This document shows, one piece after another, positions 1 through 9,057 of a DNA stretch of 39,529 nt. Below the pieces are notes generated by a model, which saw only the letters and a program-made list of their open reading frames with translations, was not told the origin of the DNA and made no database searches. Position 1 is the first letter of the stretch; the number at the start of each line of letters is the position of its first letter. Origin of the DNA: Archangiaceae bacterium. GTDB lineage: Bacteria > Myxococcota > Myxococcia > Myxococcales > Myxococcaceae. The stretch covers positions 1 through 39,529 of the forward strand of contig JAYVCD010000420.1 in assembly GCA_043750125.1 (NCBI GenBank), written 5' to 3'. The position numbers were made by a program, and so were the translations under genes.

Positions 1-228
1 AACCGGGGTACTGCGCACCTGCTCGAACAGCGGCCATCGCCGCTCATACGCCTGGTTGATCTGCGCGCCTTCCCATTGAGGGGGCGACCTTGCGAAGGCA
101 GAGGCCCCGGCCCCTTCGACGAACCAGCCGCTGGTCGGCGTCTTGATTCCCTCTTTCAGGCTGTGAGCGGTGTCCCATGCGATCGGGGGAACGACTCTCT
201 TGAGCAGACCTCTGACCTTTTTGAGCAT
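1..228 (-). CDS. N-terminal part of a gene running off the left edge; possibly a methyltransferase-like protein
   Basis: Not in the ORF track. ATG at 228 opens 76 stop-free codons (MLKKVRGLLKRVVPPIAWD...QWEGAQINQAYERRWPLFEQVRSTPV). The N-terminus recalls TIGR04325-like methyltransferases, but the catalytic region is outside the window. Confidence 0.45.
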   Translation of the reverse strand, partial: MLKKVRGLLKRVVPPIAWDTAHSLKEGIKTPTSGWFVEGAGASAFARSPPQWEGAQINQAYERRWPLFEQVRSTPV

Positions 229-274
229 CGCGCTACTTAACGTGGGCTCGAAGGCTTTGGGCCGCCGGGCTGCA

Positions 275-1774
275 CTACGCAAACGTTGCGCGCGACGGTC
301 CGACGGCTTGCGGGGAAGGCAGTCGAAACCAGAAGCGGCTTCCTTTTCCGAGGGTGCTCTGGACCCCGCACGTGCCCGCATGGGCCTCGACAATTTCGCG
401 GACGATCAACAGGGCCAGGCCCGTGCCAGGGAAGGGCGCGTCGACCGCCGGTCCCGCTTGGCGCTCGAACAGCTCGGGAAGTTTTTCTTCGGCGATGCCC
501 CCGCCGGCGTCGGACACGGCGAGCTCGATCTCGGTACCGCGGTCGGCGATTTCGATTCGCACCTGGCTGCCCTGCGGGCTGGCCTTGAGCGCGTTGGACA
601 CCAGGGTCGAGATCACCCGGGTCAGCCGAGCTGGGTCGGCGAGCAGTGAAATCGGGTTCTGAGGTTCGTCGAAAAGAATCTCAATCCCCTCCGCGTCGGA
701 GAGGGATCGGGATGTTTCGAGGTGGGTGCGAACCAGCGCGGCGAGATCGACCGCCTCAGTCTCGAGTCCAAGCCCGACCCCGTCCGCGCGCGCCAGATCA
801 AGGAAGTCGTTGATCAGGTGGACGAGCTCGGTGATTCGCGCCTCGACGATTCCAAGGTCCCCTCGATAGCATTCAGCCAACGGGCCGTGCCGCTGGGCTC
901 GCATCGACTGCACGCGCAGGCTCATCGCCGTCAGCGGTGAGCGCAGGTCATGAGCGACCATCGAGTAGAAATCGAGCCGGCGCAGCGCGAGGCGACGTTT
1001 TTCGGTCACGTCCCGCAGCGTCACCGCGAGGGCCGGAACCCCCTCGAGCTCCAGGCGCCGGACGGCGGGTTCGTAGATCCGGCCGCCTCCCTCGAAGTCA
1101 GGAAAAGTCGCCGGGCTCTCTTCATCCAGCCGCGCTTCGTGCATCTTCCCCAGCGCTGGAAAAAAATCGCTGACCGCGCGGCCCTTGACGCTCTTCGCGT
1201 CGGGCCCGAGCAGTTGCTGGGCCTCGGCGTTGAGAAAGAGGATCTCTCCGTCGAGGCGGGTGGTGATCAACGCTTCGGGCAGATGGGCCAACAGCGCGCG
1301 CATGCTCCGCTCGACCCCTTCGGCCCGCTCGCGCAGTCGCGAGGCTCGAATCAACGAGCCCACCCGGGCGTAGAGCTCGGCCGGGGAATAGGGCTTCTTC
1401 AGATAGTCATTCGCCCCGGCGGCGAGCCCTTCGACGATCTGCGCGGTCTGGTCCTGCACGGTGAGCAGCAGAATCGACAGTTCCCGGGTGCTCTCTTGCG
1501 ACCGCAGGAACTTGCAGACCTCGAGTCCAGAGAGGCCCGGCATCACCCAATCGAGCAGCAGTACGTCGGGCGGTTGCGCGGTCGTCAGGTGCTCGAGAAA
1601 CGTGGGCCCGTCCGAAAAGGTGCGCGTCGCAAATGCCGGGGTGAGCGCATTGCGCGCCATTTCCGCTTGAAGCGGGCTGTCATCGACGATCCACACCATG
1701 CGCAACTCGGTGGCCGAGTCGGCAGTCGGGGCACTCGAAAGCGGCTTGTTTTCAGACTGTGACGACACGTGCAT
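275..1774 (-). CDS. Hybrid sensor histidine kinase (REC-PAS-HisKA-HATPase)
   Basis: Receiver motifs WIVDD, LLLDWVMPG, DYLKKP; PAS-like segment; H-box AHDLRSPL; N-box LVSNALK; G-boxes DAGGGI and GTGLAL. Start uncertain (1795, 1774 or 1699). Confidence 0.92.
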   Translation of the reverse strand: MHVSSQSENKPLSSAPTADSATELRMVWIVDDSPLQAEMARNALTPAFATRTFSDGPTFLEHLTTAQPPDVLLLDWVMPGLSGLEVCKFLRSQESTRELSILLLTVQDQTAQIVEGLAAGANDYLKKPYSPAELYARVGSLIRASRLRERAEGVERSMRALLAHLPEALITTRLDGEILFLNAEAQQLLGPDAKSVKGRAVSDFFPALGKMHEARLDEESPATFPDFEGGGRIYEPAVRRLELEGVPALAVTLRDVTEKRRLALRRLDFYSMVAHDLRSPLTAMSLRVQSMRAQRHGPLAECYRGDLGIVEARITELVHLINDFLDLARADGVGLGLETEAVDLAALVRTHLETSRSLSDAEGIEILFDEPQNPISLLADPARLTRVISTLVSNALKASPQGSQVRIEIADRGTEIELAVSDAGGGIAEEKLPELFERQAGPAVDAPFPGTGLALLIVREIVEAHAGTCGVQSTLGKGSRFWFRLPSPQAVGPSRATFA

Positions 1775-1943
1775 TGACAAGGTGGGACATTGCACATCGG
1801 CCGGGTCTTTCGACAGTGCCTATCTGCCAGACGGGGCCACGCCGAAGGTCATGGCCCCGCTCATCGATTTACCAGGTGTGAACACCCGGCGGGTTGGAAG
1901 ACAGCGGATCCCGTGTACCCTTACAGTCGAAGCGCCGCGTTGA

Positions 1944-1959
1944 TTTTTTAAAAAAAAAA
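1944..1959. repeat. T6-A10 homopolymer tract in a divergent intergenic region
   Basis: TTTTTTAAAAAAAAAA read directly; conspicuous in a GC-rich window. Confidence 0.9.
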
Positions 1960-2022
1960 CAATGAACGCGGCTGCCCTCTGGCGACATTCAGCCGGTCGG
2001 TTCAAAGGGAAGGCACTCTCAA

Positions 2023-3702
2023 ATGCGTTTGTTCGCCAGCGTCGTCGTGGGCCTGTTGATCTGCGGTTGTCCCTCGGGGGTCGGGGTGACCGATGCCGGT
2101 CCGCCCGACCTTCCCCGCGCCGATGCGGGACAGCCCGAGGTCGACGGGGGGACGTGCGAGGGCGTCGACTTCCAGACCAACCTCAACCACTGCGGCGCCT
2201 GCAATCACCCCTGCGCCTACCTGCCTTCCGCCTATGCCGCGTGCGTCAGTGGCGCTTGTCAGTACACCTGTCTGCCTGGCTCGGGCGATTGCGACCACGA
2301 CCTCGCCGTTCCTTCCGGCAACGGCTGCGAAACCCAGCTGTCCACCAGCCCGGGCAACTGCGGCGCCTGCGGAACCACCTGCACCAACACCCGCCCGAAC
2401 GCGATCGCCGCCTGCTCAGCGGGAGTGTGCTCGGCTCGCTGCGAGCCGGCCTACGGCGACTGCAACTTCGATTTGACGTCGGCTGCGGGAAACGGCTGCG
2501 AAACCGACCTGCGCACCTCGGCGACCAGTTGCGGGGAATGTTACAAGGCCTGTTCCACCACCTGCACCTCCAGCAGCTGCGCCGGTGAGCTTGCCGAATG
2601 TTCGCTCTTCGCCAGCCAGTCGCCGCGCCCCGTCGGCCTCGCCACAGCGTCGGACGGAACCCACAGCGCCCTGGCGTGGTGGGACTTCGACAACAAAGGA
2701 TTGTGGGTGGCACTGCTCGGGTCCCATGGCCAGACCGTCATCGGGGCGCGCCGCGTTCTCACGGTCCCAACCGGCGCCCGCCCCGCGCTCTCCTTCGACG
2801 GAACCTCGTTCGTGCTCGGCTGGTCCACGGCCACGGTCAATGGCTTGTCACTGCAACGCCTCTCGCGCTCGTCGTTGGCCGACGAAGGCGCTCTGGTCCA
2901 GCTGTCGCTGCCGACGGCTCCGGGGCTGGTGTACGGCGCCAGCAAGGCAGGTCGGGCCGCGTTCATGGCGTGGACCAACACCCTGGCCAGTGTCTACGTC
3001 TTCGTCTGGCCGCAGGGACAGCCGCAGCCCGATGCGCCCAGGTTGGTGAGCCTTCCAGGGACTGTGGACAGTGCGGCCACCGCCTTCGCTGCAGTGCGCG
3101 ATGGTTTTGTCCTCGCCTGGGTGGCGCAGAAGGCCAGTCCCACGGCTGGCTTCCCGGTCGAGAAGCGGCTGGGCACGCTGCGGCTGGCTCCGGACGGAAC
3201 ACCTGGAACTTCCGCGATCGACGCCACCCCTGGGTCGCTGTCTTTGCAGAACGGAGTGACCCTCACTTCGATGGGTGAGCGAGCGCTGCTGGTCGGCGTT
3301 GAAGGAGGAGTGTTCCGCTTGCGCACTCTGGTCCTCGACGAGACTGGCGCGCCTTTCGGCACCGCAGGTCAGTTCGGGTGGAACGTGCTCGTCACCAACT
3401 TCGACGGCTCCGCTTCGGCGGGTGGAGATTCCGCGGGGGCCTGGTTGCTCGAGCGCGCCTGGGCGGTGGGGGGCACCAACGAGCTCCGGTTTCGAAGGGT
3501 CGACGCCGCAGGGCAGACCGTCGGAATTCCGAAACGGATCTCCTCCATCTCCGGCCAGCCTGCGCTCCAGCTGTCCTCTTCCGGTGCTGCGGGAGCGCTC
3601 GGGCTGTGGCAGCGCGCGCCCGTCGGAGTCCCAGGCGCGCTCATCGCCACCGCGTTCGTCGATGCCAACGGGCAGGTGAACACCTCCTGCCTGGCTCCCT
3701 GA
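2023..3702 (+). CDS. Cys-rich surface lipoprotein with xxNCGxCG (Stig1-like) repeats and a beta-rich C-terminal domain
   Basis: Hydrophobic signal ending LLICGC, DAG linker, three NHCGACN/NCGACG/SCGECY units with NGCET motifs, then a repetitive beta-strand-like region. Confidence 0.8.
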   Translation: MRLFASVVVGLLICGCPSGVGVTDAGPPDLPRADAGQPEVDGGTCEGVDFQTNLNHCGACNHPCAYLPSAYAACVSGACQYTCLPGSGDCDHDLAVPSGNGCETQLSTSPGNCGACGTTCTNTRPNAIAACSAGVCSARCEPAYGDCNFDLTSAAGNGCETDLRTSATSCGECYKACSTTCTSSSCAGELAECSLFASQSPRPVGLATASDGTHSALAWWDFDNKGLWVALLGSHGQTVIGARRVLTVPTGARPALSFDGTSFVLGWSTATVNGLSLQRLSRSSLADEGALVQLSLPTAPGLVYGASKAGRAAFMAWTNTLASVYVFVWPQGQPQPDAPRLVSLPGTVDSAATAFAAVRDGFVLAWVAQKASPTAGFPVEKRLGTLRLAPDGTPGTSAIDATPGSLSLQNGVTLTSMGERALLVGVEGGVFRLRTLVLDETGAPFGTAGQFGWNVLVTNFDGSASAGGDSAGAWLLERAWAVGGTNELRFRRVDAAGQTVGIPKRISSISGQPALQLSSSGAAGALGLWQRAPVGVPGALIATAFVDANGQVNTSCLAP

Positions 3703-3730
3703 ATCATTTGCTGGCGTAACTCATCAAAGC

Positions 3731-3859
3731 TTGACCATCGAGAGTGCCGGGCTGCTCGCGCACGAGAAGGTCGGCCGCACCGTCCTCTACCGAATCAATC
3801 GTTCCCACCTTGCGCTGCTGCAGGAATGGCTCGACTGGTTTGCCCCGGCGAAGACCTGA
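3731..3859 (+). pseudogene. C-terminal remnant of an ArsR/SmtB-family winged-helix regulator
   Basis: Hand translation LTIESAGLLAHEKVGRTVLYRINRSHLALLQEWLDWFAPAKT* fits the ArsR wing pattern (LxxAGLV...GR...Y.LN...L..WL). An in-frame stop at 3677-3679 leaves no room for the N-terminal HTH. Confidence 0.6.
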
Positions 3860-3864
3860 GGCGG

Positions 3865-4530
3865 CTACTGGCAGACGACATCGTTCAGCGTGTTCACCGG
3901 TTGGCCGCTGAGCACGTTGGTGTTGGCCCCGAGCAGCACCGGGCAGATGCCCGAGGTCGTGCTCGCGACGCTCGAGACGTACCAGAGGTCATTGGCCGGA
4001 TCGTCGTCCAGGTTTCCTGCGGCTGAAACCGTGAACGAGGAACGCAGTCCACCGGTGGCTGGAGCGACTCCCACCAGGTCGGCAACACCGATGCTGCCCC
4101 CGGTGACATTGACGGGCGTGTAGACGACGGCGGTCGATGGGTTGGCGACCGCTCCGGGGAACTTCATCTTGTCCACCAGTACCGAGCTCTCAGTGTTGGT
4201 CTTGAGCAGGGTCAACACGCTGCGGTCCTCAGTGCCGTTGCAGCCTGCTTCTGCAGTCAGTCGGGTGGCACCGAAGTCGTACTTGTACCGATTGCCGCGC
4301 TCAGGGCTGAAGCCAATCTTGTTGATGCAGGACGAGAACTCATCCTTCTCATGGAAGTACGTCCGCTCGGCCACGTAGGCGCTGCGCAGGTTCGCCTTCA
4401 CTTCGGTCTGTTTGGCGCGCGTCTGAAATCTCGCGAAGTTTGGAATCGCGATCGAAGTCAGCAGGCCGATGATGGTGACCGCGATCATCAGTTCGATCAG
4501 GGTAAAGCCGCGCGTTGATGAGGGGGCCAT
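3865..4530 (-). CDS. pilA: Type IVa major pilin, Myxococcus PilA-like (221 aa)
   Basis: Class III signal RG/FTLIELMIAVTIIGLLTSIAIPNF, then the myxobacterial motifs AKQTEVKANL, IGFSPERGNRY and AAGNLDDD; C-terminal Cys pair. Confidence 0.9.
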   Translation of the reverse strand: MAPSSTRGFTLIELMIAVTIIGLLTSIAIPNFARFQTRAKQTEVKANLRSAYVAERTYFHEKDEFSSCINKIGFSPERGNRYKYDFGATRLTAEAGCNGTEDRSVLTLLKTNTESSVLVDKMKFPGAVANPSTAVVYTPVNVTGGSIGVADLVGVAPATGGLRSSFTVSAAGNLDDDPANDLWYVSSVASTTSGICPVLLGANTNVLSGQPVNTLNDVVCQ

Positions 4531-4543
4531 GGCCTTCTCGAAT

Positions 4544-4559
4544 TGCAGGGTCTGGGCCG
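4544..4559 (-). promoter_or_regulatory. Weak sigma54-like -24/-12 motif upstream of the pilin
   Basis: CGGCCCAGACCCTGCA has GG-N10-GC spacing but an imperfect -24 element. Confidence 0.3.
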
Positions 4560-4644
4560 CGCGCCCTTCCGAGTAAACCCGGACGCTTCGTTTGACCCGG
4601 GGAGGGTCAGCGCCCACCGCCGGCCCTGAATTGACCCGCGGCTC

Positions 4645-5391
4645 TCAGGGGGGCGCCGACGCTTTGGCGCTCTGCGCCGTCGCGCCCGACTGAACCGGGG
4701 CCTTGAGATCTCCCTCGACCAGGAATACGCGCGCGGCGATCGACGCCACCAGCATCGCGAAAACGAGCTTCCCCCTCACTTTGGCCACCGGAGCGAGCGG
4801 TTCGAACGCCGGCTTCGTCACCGCGCGCGCTTTGGGTTTGGGCGCGGGACCTGGGCGGATCATTCCCCGGTGAATTCCGGTGTGACCCGTGCGCGCTTGT
4901 GGGCGCTGGGGAGCAGCTGTCGGCGCGGCCGGGGCATTGTCGAGCACTTCTCCCCAGGCGGACTGCAGCAGCCCGCGAAGCGCCTGCGCCTCGAGCTGCC
5001 CACCAAAGCCCGGCGCGTTGGCCAGCTTGAGCAACCACTCTCGAGTTTCCGCAGCCTCATCGAACAACCGCTGCAGCCCCTTCTCATCATGATTCCGCGC
5101 CTGCTTTGCGAGGGCCGCCGCGGCCTTCAAGCGCCAGGTGATCGCGAGCGCCTTCAGCCATTCTTCGACCCCGATCCCTTCGGGGGGGAACGAGAGGTTC
5201 CTCTCGGTAAAAGTCGTGAGCAGCTCGAGGGTCGGAGCATGCAGCACTTCGGGCAGGCGCCTGGGCGCGTACATCAAAGTGATCGAAGTCTCGGTCGACG
5301 GGACGTTGTTCGGCCACGCGAGGTTCAGCGCCGTCAGGTTGGTGATCGAGTCATCCGGGACCCGGATGGAAATCAGAGCAGCTGCGTTCAT
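4645..5391 (-). CDS. Hypothetical protein with a Pro/Ala linker and C-terminal hydrophobic segment
   Basis: Long ORF with a helical-looking core and LVFAMLVASIAARVFLV near the end. ATG 5391 preferred because the upstream extension overlaps a sigma54 motif. Confidence 0.65.
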   Translation of the reverse strand: MNAAALISIRVPDDSITNLTALNLAWPNNVPSTETSITLMYAPRRLPEVLHAPTLELLTTFTERNLSFPPEGIGVEEWLKALAITWRLKAAAALAKQARNHDEKGLQRLFDEAAETREWLLKLANAPGFGGQLEAQALRGLLQSAWGEVLDNAPAAPTAAPQRPQARTGHTGIHRGMIRPGPAPKPKARAVTKPAFEPLAPVAKVRGKLVFAMLVASIAARVFLVEGDLKAPVQSGATAQSAKASAPP

Positions 5392-5403
5392 GGACGAGGG
5401 CAG

Positions 5404-5419
5404 AGCAGAACCCGTGCCG
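5404..5419 (-). promoter_or_regulatory. Sigma54 -24/-12 promoter motif
   Basis: CGGCACGGGTTCTGCT closely matches YGGCACG-N4-TTGCW. Confidence 0.6.
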
Positions 5420-5600
5420 CCGACAAACCCGTGGATCAGGGAAGGAGAGGGCGGGTCAGCGCGCGTACCCACAGGTCAGAGTTCACTCCTGGGAGGGGGT
5501 TGCTGTGGGATCGGACGCGAAGCGCTTCTGCCAGAACCCGACATTGTGCCAGCAACCCGGGCTGCGGGGGCCGGGCGCATTTGAGTTAGCGTCCCCGGCC

Positions 5601-6530
5601 GTGCGCGTTCCCATTGTCGGCCTCGTCCTCCTCGTCGGGTGCAGCGGTTCCGTCTCGGTCCTCCCGGGGTTGGACGATGCTGGAAGGGATGGAGGCCTCG
5701 GAATGATTCCGGACGCGGGACTCGTTCCTGACAGCGGTGCGCCCGATGGCGGTGAGATCCCGGACGCTGGAATTCTTCCGGACGGCGGTGCGCCCGACGC
5801 AGGACAGGCCGACGCGGGCCGCGCGGATGCGGGCGGCTGCAGCGCGGCGTTCTGCGATGACTTCGAAAAATACGATTCGGGATCTCCGCCGCGCGGCCCC
5901 TGGTCCAACTCGGTCCAGGGTGGCACGGTCCTGGTCGACACCACCCGTTCTCACGGAGGTGGACGTTCGGTGCGCGTCACCACCGACGGGACCCAGGCCT
6001 ACCGCCGAGCCTATTTCGGACTCACGACCCCGTTCTTTCCCGTCGCCGGCAATGCCTTCTACGGACGAATGTGGGTGTACCTCACCGCGGCTCCGGCGAT
6101 GACCACTCACTGGACGACCATCTCGGGTGAAGGCACTGCGATGAACAACGGGACGGCGTTCCAGGCGTACGTCCGCTACGGCGGCCAGGTCGCCAAGCAC
6201 CTGATGGCCAACTACGACAGCTCGGTTTTTTCGTCGGACTGTTGGCAGCATTCGACGGTCGCGTTTCCTGAAGGAAAATGGTCCTGCATGGAATGGCACT
6301 TCGACGGGCCCAACTCGAAAATGGAATTCTGGCTCGATGGCGCGCAGATCTCTGCGCTCACCGTCAACCAGACCGGCCAGGGCTGCATCGGCAACGGCCT
6401 CGCCGGCAAGTGGGTGATGCCCGCCTTCGCCACGCTGCGGCTGGGCTGGGAGCACTACCAGACGTCCATTCCGATTGAGATGTGGGTCGACGATGTCGCG
6501 CTCGGCCCCAATCGCATCGGCTGCCAGTAG
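5601..6530 (+). CDS. Lipoprotein with PDAG linker and Cip1-like (polysaccharide-lyase-like beta-sandwich) core
   Basis: GTG start, lipobox LLVGC, DAG repeats, then FCDDFE, VDTTRSHGG, FYGRMW, HWT, RYGGQ, KWSCMEW, LGWEHY, WVDDVA, RIGC. Confidence 0.75.
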   Translation: MRVPIVGLVLLVGCSGSVSVLPGLDDAGRDGGLGMIPDAGLVPDSGAPDGGEIPDAGILPDGGAPDAGQADAGRADAGGCSAAFCDDFEKYDSGSPPRGPWSNSVQGGTVLVDTTRSHGGGRSVRVTTDGTQAYRRAYFGLTTPFFPVAGNAFYGRMWVYLTAAPAMTTHWTTISGEGTAMNNGTAFQAYVRYGGQVAKHLMANYDSSVFSSDCWQHSTVAFPEGKWSCMEWHFDGPNSKMEFWLDGAQISALTVNQTGQGCIGNGLAGKWVMPAFATLRLGWEHYQTSIPIEMWVDDVALGPNRIGCQ

Positions 6531-6545
6531 CTCGGTGGCTTGGGT

Positions 6546-7013
6546 TCAGCGCAGATCCGACGGGGTCAGGTAGACCTCTTCCATTAACGCGAAGCCGGGG
6601 CCGTCGTAGTCATGCAGCATCTTCGGCCCGTTGATCCCGTTGTGCTGGCGATCCGCATGGTCGGGGTTCGCCGTGAAATACGACTGCGTCAGCTCGGCAA
6701 AGTACTCGTCAGCGTTCGTGGCCGCGTAGGTGTTCGTCCAGAGCCCAGCAGAGATCTGCGTGGCGAAGATTTGCCGGATTCGCTCGCGCAGACTCTCAGT
6801 CACACCGACGTTCATGATCAGGTCCAGCACAGATCGTGCGCGCAAGCAGAGGCGCAAAAGGCGGGTAGGGAAGAGTCGGCTGGTTGCAGCTTTCGGCGAT
6901 GGGCCAGGAGCGGGGCTAACGGTTGTGCAGCAACTCAGAGAAAGAACGACGGCCGCGAGGAGCCGCCCCCCCTTCGCCCGTCGTCCTTCGTTGTTCGCGC
7001 TCCCAATGGTCAT
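6546..7013 (-). pseudogene. Truncated zinc-metallopeptidase-like (lethal-factor/MtfA-type) lipoprotein lacking HEXXH
   Basis: Signal-like LLAAVVLSLSCC is joined almost directly to GLWTNTYAATNADEYFAELTQSYF...YDGPGFALMEEVY, the segment that normally follows HEXXH. There is no HEXXH in frame. Confidence 0.55.
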
Positions 7014-7175
7014 TGACGGGAATTATGGCGCGACATCCGCGTGCCAGATTCAGGACTGATCTCCGAGGGTGAGTTTGGCCGAAAAATAAAGACCGCGATT
7101 TCAGCATGAGGCGAAGAACCAAGGCGGCCCCCTTGAGAAGCGACAGTCGTTACGAGCCGCGATTGTAGCTGCAAC

Positions 7176-8792
7176 TCAGGGCTTCAGCTCCAGTTGGACC
7201 ACCTGAGTTTTTCCCGAGACGATGGTGATTTTTCTCTCGATCGCCGCCGCTCCTGGCTGTGAAGCTGAGAGCTTGTAGTTGCCCGGTTGAAGCGACAGTT
7301 GGGTCGGGGCTTGATCCGCCAGTCGTTGGCCGTTGAGGTCTACATTGGCCCACGACCGAATTCCCTTCAGCGTCACGGCGATGTTCAAAGTGCCATCGGC
7401 CATAGGTCCCTTGGCGGCGGCGGCCGCACGCCTGGGCGGGGGAAGCGAAACTTTGGGCGTCACGGGTTCCTTCGCGGCGGGGCGTGGGGACTCGGTCGGC
7501 AGCGAGGGGCGCTCGACCAGCACCGGCGCCAAGGGGATCGCCGCGCTCGGAGGAAGAACTTTCGATGTCCCCGGCATGGGGGGCGGGTCGGCTTTGGGCC
7601 TCGAGACCACGAACAGCAGAAGCGATGCGAGGAGAACCGCCGCACCCAACGCGACGCTCAACACCGTTCGACTTTTCCGCGCCGGACCGGTGGCCTGCCG
7701 GACGATCGTCGCCGCGGACTTGGCACCGAGCCCAATCGCTGACGAGGAGGAAAGCGGCCCCGACCCTTTCTCCAGCTCGGCTCGAAGGGCGCTGGGAGAG
7801 ACCACCTGTCGGCTGGCCTTTTCAAATGCCTTGAGAAGTTCCGCAGCGCTGCCGTAGCGATCGTCCTTCATCCGCGCCATGGCTTTCTGGACCACCGCGG
7901 CCACGGCCGGCGCAATGTATGGATTCAACGCCGACACATCTGGAGCCACCTGATCGCGTTGGGCCATCAGCAGCTCGAGGTCACTGTCGGCACGAAACGG
8001 ACGCTGGCCGGTCACGAGCTCGAACAAAATGACCCCCAGTGGATAGAGGTCGGCGCGATGGTCGAGATCGCGCGCTCCGGTCGCCTGTTCCGGAGCCATG
8101 TACCCGGGAGTGCCGACCACGAAGCCCAGCCGGGTAATCCCCTGACCTTCCTGCTGCTGCGGTCGGACCAGTCCCAGATCGAGAATGGTGACGTGCCCCT
8201 CGGGCGAGATGAAGATGTTTGCCGGCTTGATGTCGCGATGAATGACGCCGCGGGTGTGAATGAAGCCCAGCCCCGCACACAGCTGGCGCAAGATCGAAAC
8301 CACATCTTCGATGGGCAGCGGCTTGCCACCCGCGTGCATGTCCAGGGTCTGCCCTTCGAGGTACTTCATCACGATGAATGGGCTGCCCTGGTGTTGGCCG
8401 ATTGCGTAGATCGGCATCAGGTTCGCGTGCTCGAGCTTGGCCATCATGTGGGCCTCGCGCTCGAACCGGGTTGTGAACTCTGGGTCCGATGAGAGCGAAA
8501 CCGAGAGCAGCTTGATCGCCACGGTGCGTCGCAGCTGAATGTCGTTGGCTCGATAGACCGAGCCCATTCCGCCTTTCCCGATCAGGTCCTGAAGTTCCCA
8601 CTTTCCCTCGAGCACCATCACGACCGCCGGCCGCTGTTGGGTGTCGGATTCACCTGCCACCGGCACGGTGGTCACCCGGGTCGACTCGATCCACCCCACG
8701 CTGGTGCCACAGGCCGGACATTGGCCGTGACCCTCGGGAACCGGCCGGCCGCAGTTCGAGCATCCCGTTTCCTGTTGTCGCGAATCACCCAT
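7176..8792 (-). CDS. Membrane Ser/Thr protein kinase with N-terminal zinc ribbon and C-terminal PEGA-like domain
   Basis: CSNC/CPAC, GKGGMGSVY, VAIK, HRDIKPANI, DLG, GTPGYMAPE, TM segment VLSVALGAAVLLASLLLFVV, Pro-rich linker, PEGA-like tail. Confidence 0.93.
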   Translation of the reverse strand: MGDSRQQETGCSNCGRPVPEGHGQCPACGTSVGWIESTRVTTVPVAGESDTQQRPAVVMVLEGKWELQDLIGKGGMGSVYRANDIQLRRTVAIKLLSVSLSSDPEFTTRFEREAHMMAKLEHANLMPIYAIGQHQGSPFIVMKYLEGQTLDMHAGGKPLPIEDVVSILRQLCAGLGFIHTRGVIHRDIKPANIFISPEGHVTILDLGLVRPQQQEGQGITRLGFVVGTPGYMAPEQATGARDLDHRADLYPLGVILFELVTGQRPFRADSDLELLMAQRDQVAPDVSALNPYIAPAVAAVVQKAMARMKDDRYGSAAELLKAFEKASRQVVSPSALRAELEKGSGPLSSSSAIGLGAKSAATIVRQATGPARKSRTVLSVALGAAVLLASLLLFVVSRPKADPPPMPGTSKVLPPSAAIPLAPVLVERPSLPTESPRPAAKEPVTPKVSLPPPRRAAAAAKGPMADGTLNIAVTLKGIRSWANVDLNGQRLADQAPTQLSLQPGNYKLSASQPGAAAIERKITIVSGKTQVVQLELKP

Positions 8793-9057
8793 CGACGAAT
8801 TGGTCCGCAGTCATCGCGCGCCAGAGCCTAACCCAGGGGCAGACGGGCACCTCGAAGACGAACGATCAAACCAAAGCGGACAGTCCTCAGTCGCCCATGG
8901 AGAAGACGGCCTCATGGTCGCGCGCCTGTCAGGTCTTTCCGAGATCGATCCTCTGGCGTCCCGACTACGGGCCGTGAAACGCGGGCGGGCAGCCTTCGTT
9001 GCGGGCCGATCGATTGATGAATTGCCATTGCCGCGTCGCGGCCCGAGAGTGAGCCGG

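Noticed and set aside
8800-9048. Upstream extension of the 481-aa ORF
   Set aside because: It would fill the divergent promoter region and bury the signal peptide that starts near 9049-9058.
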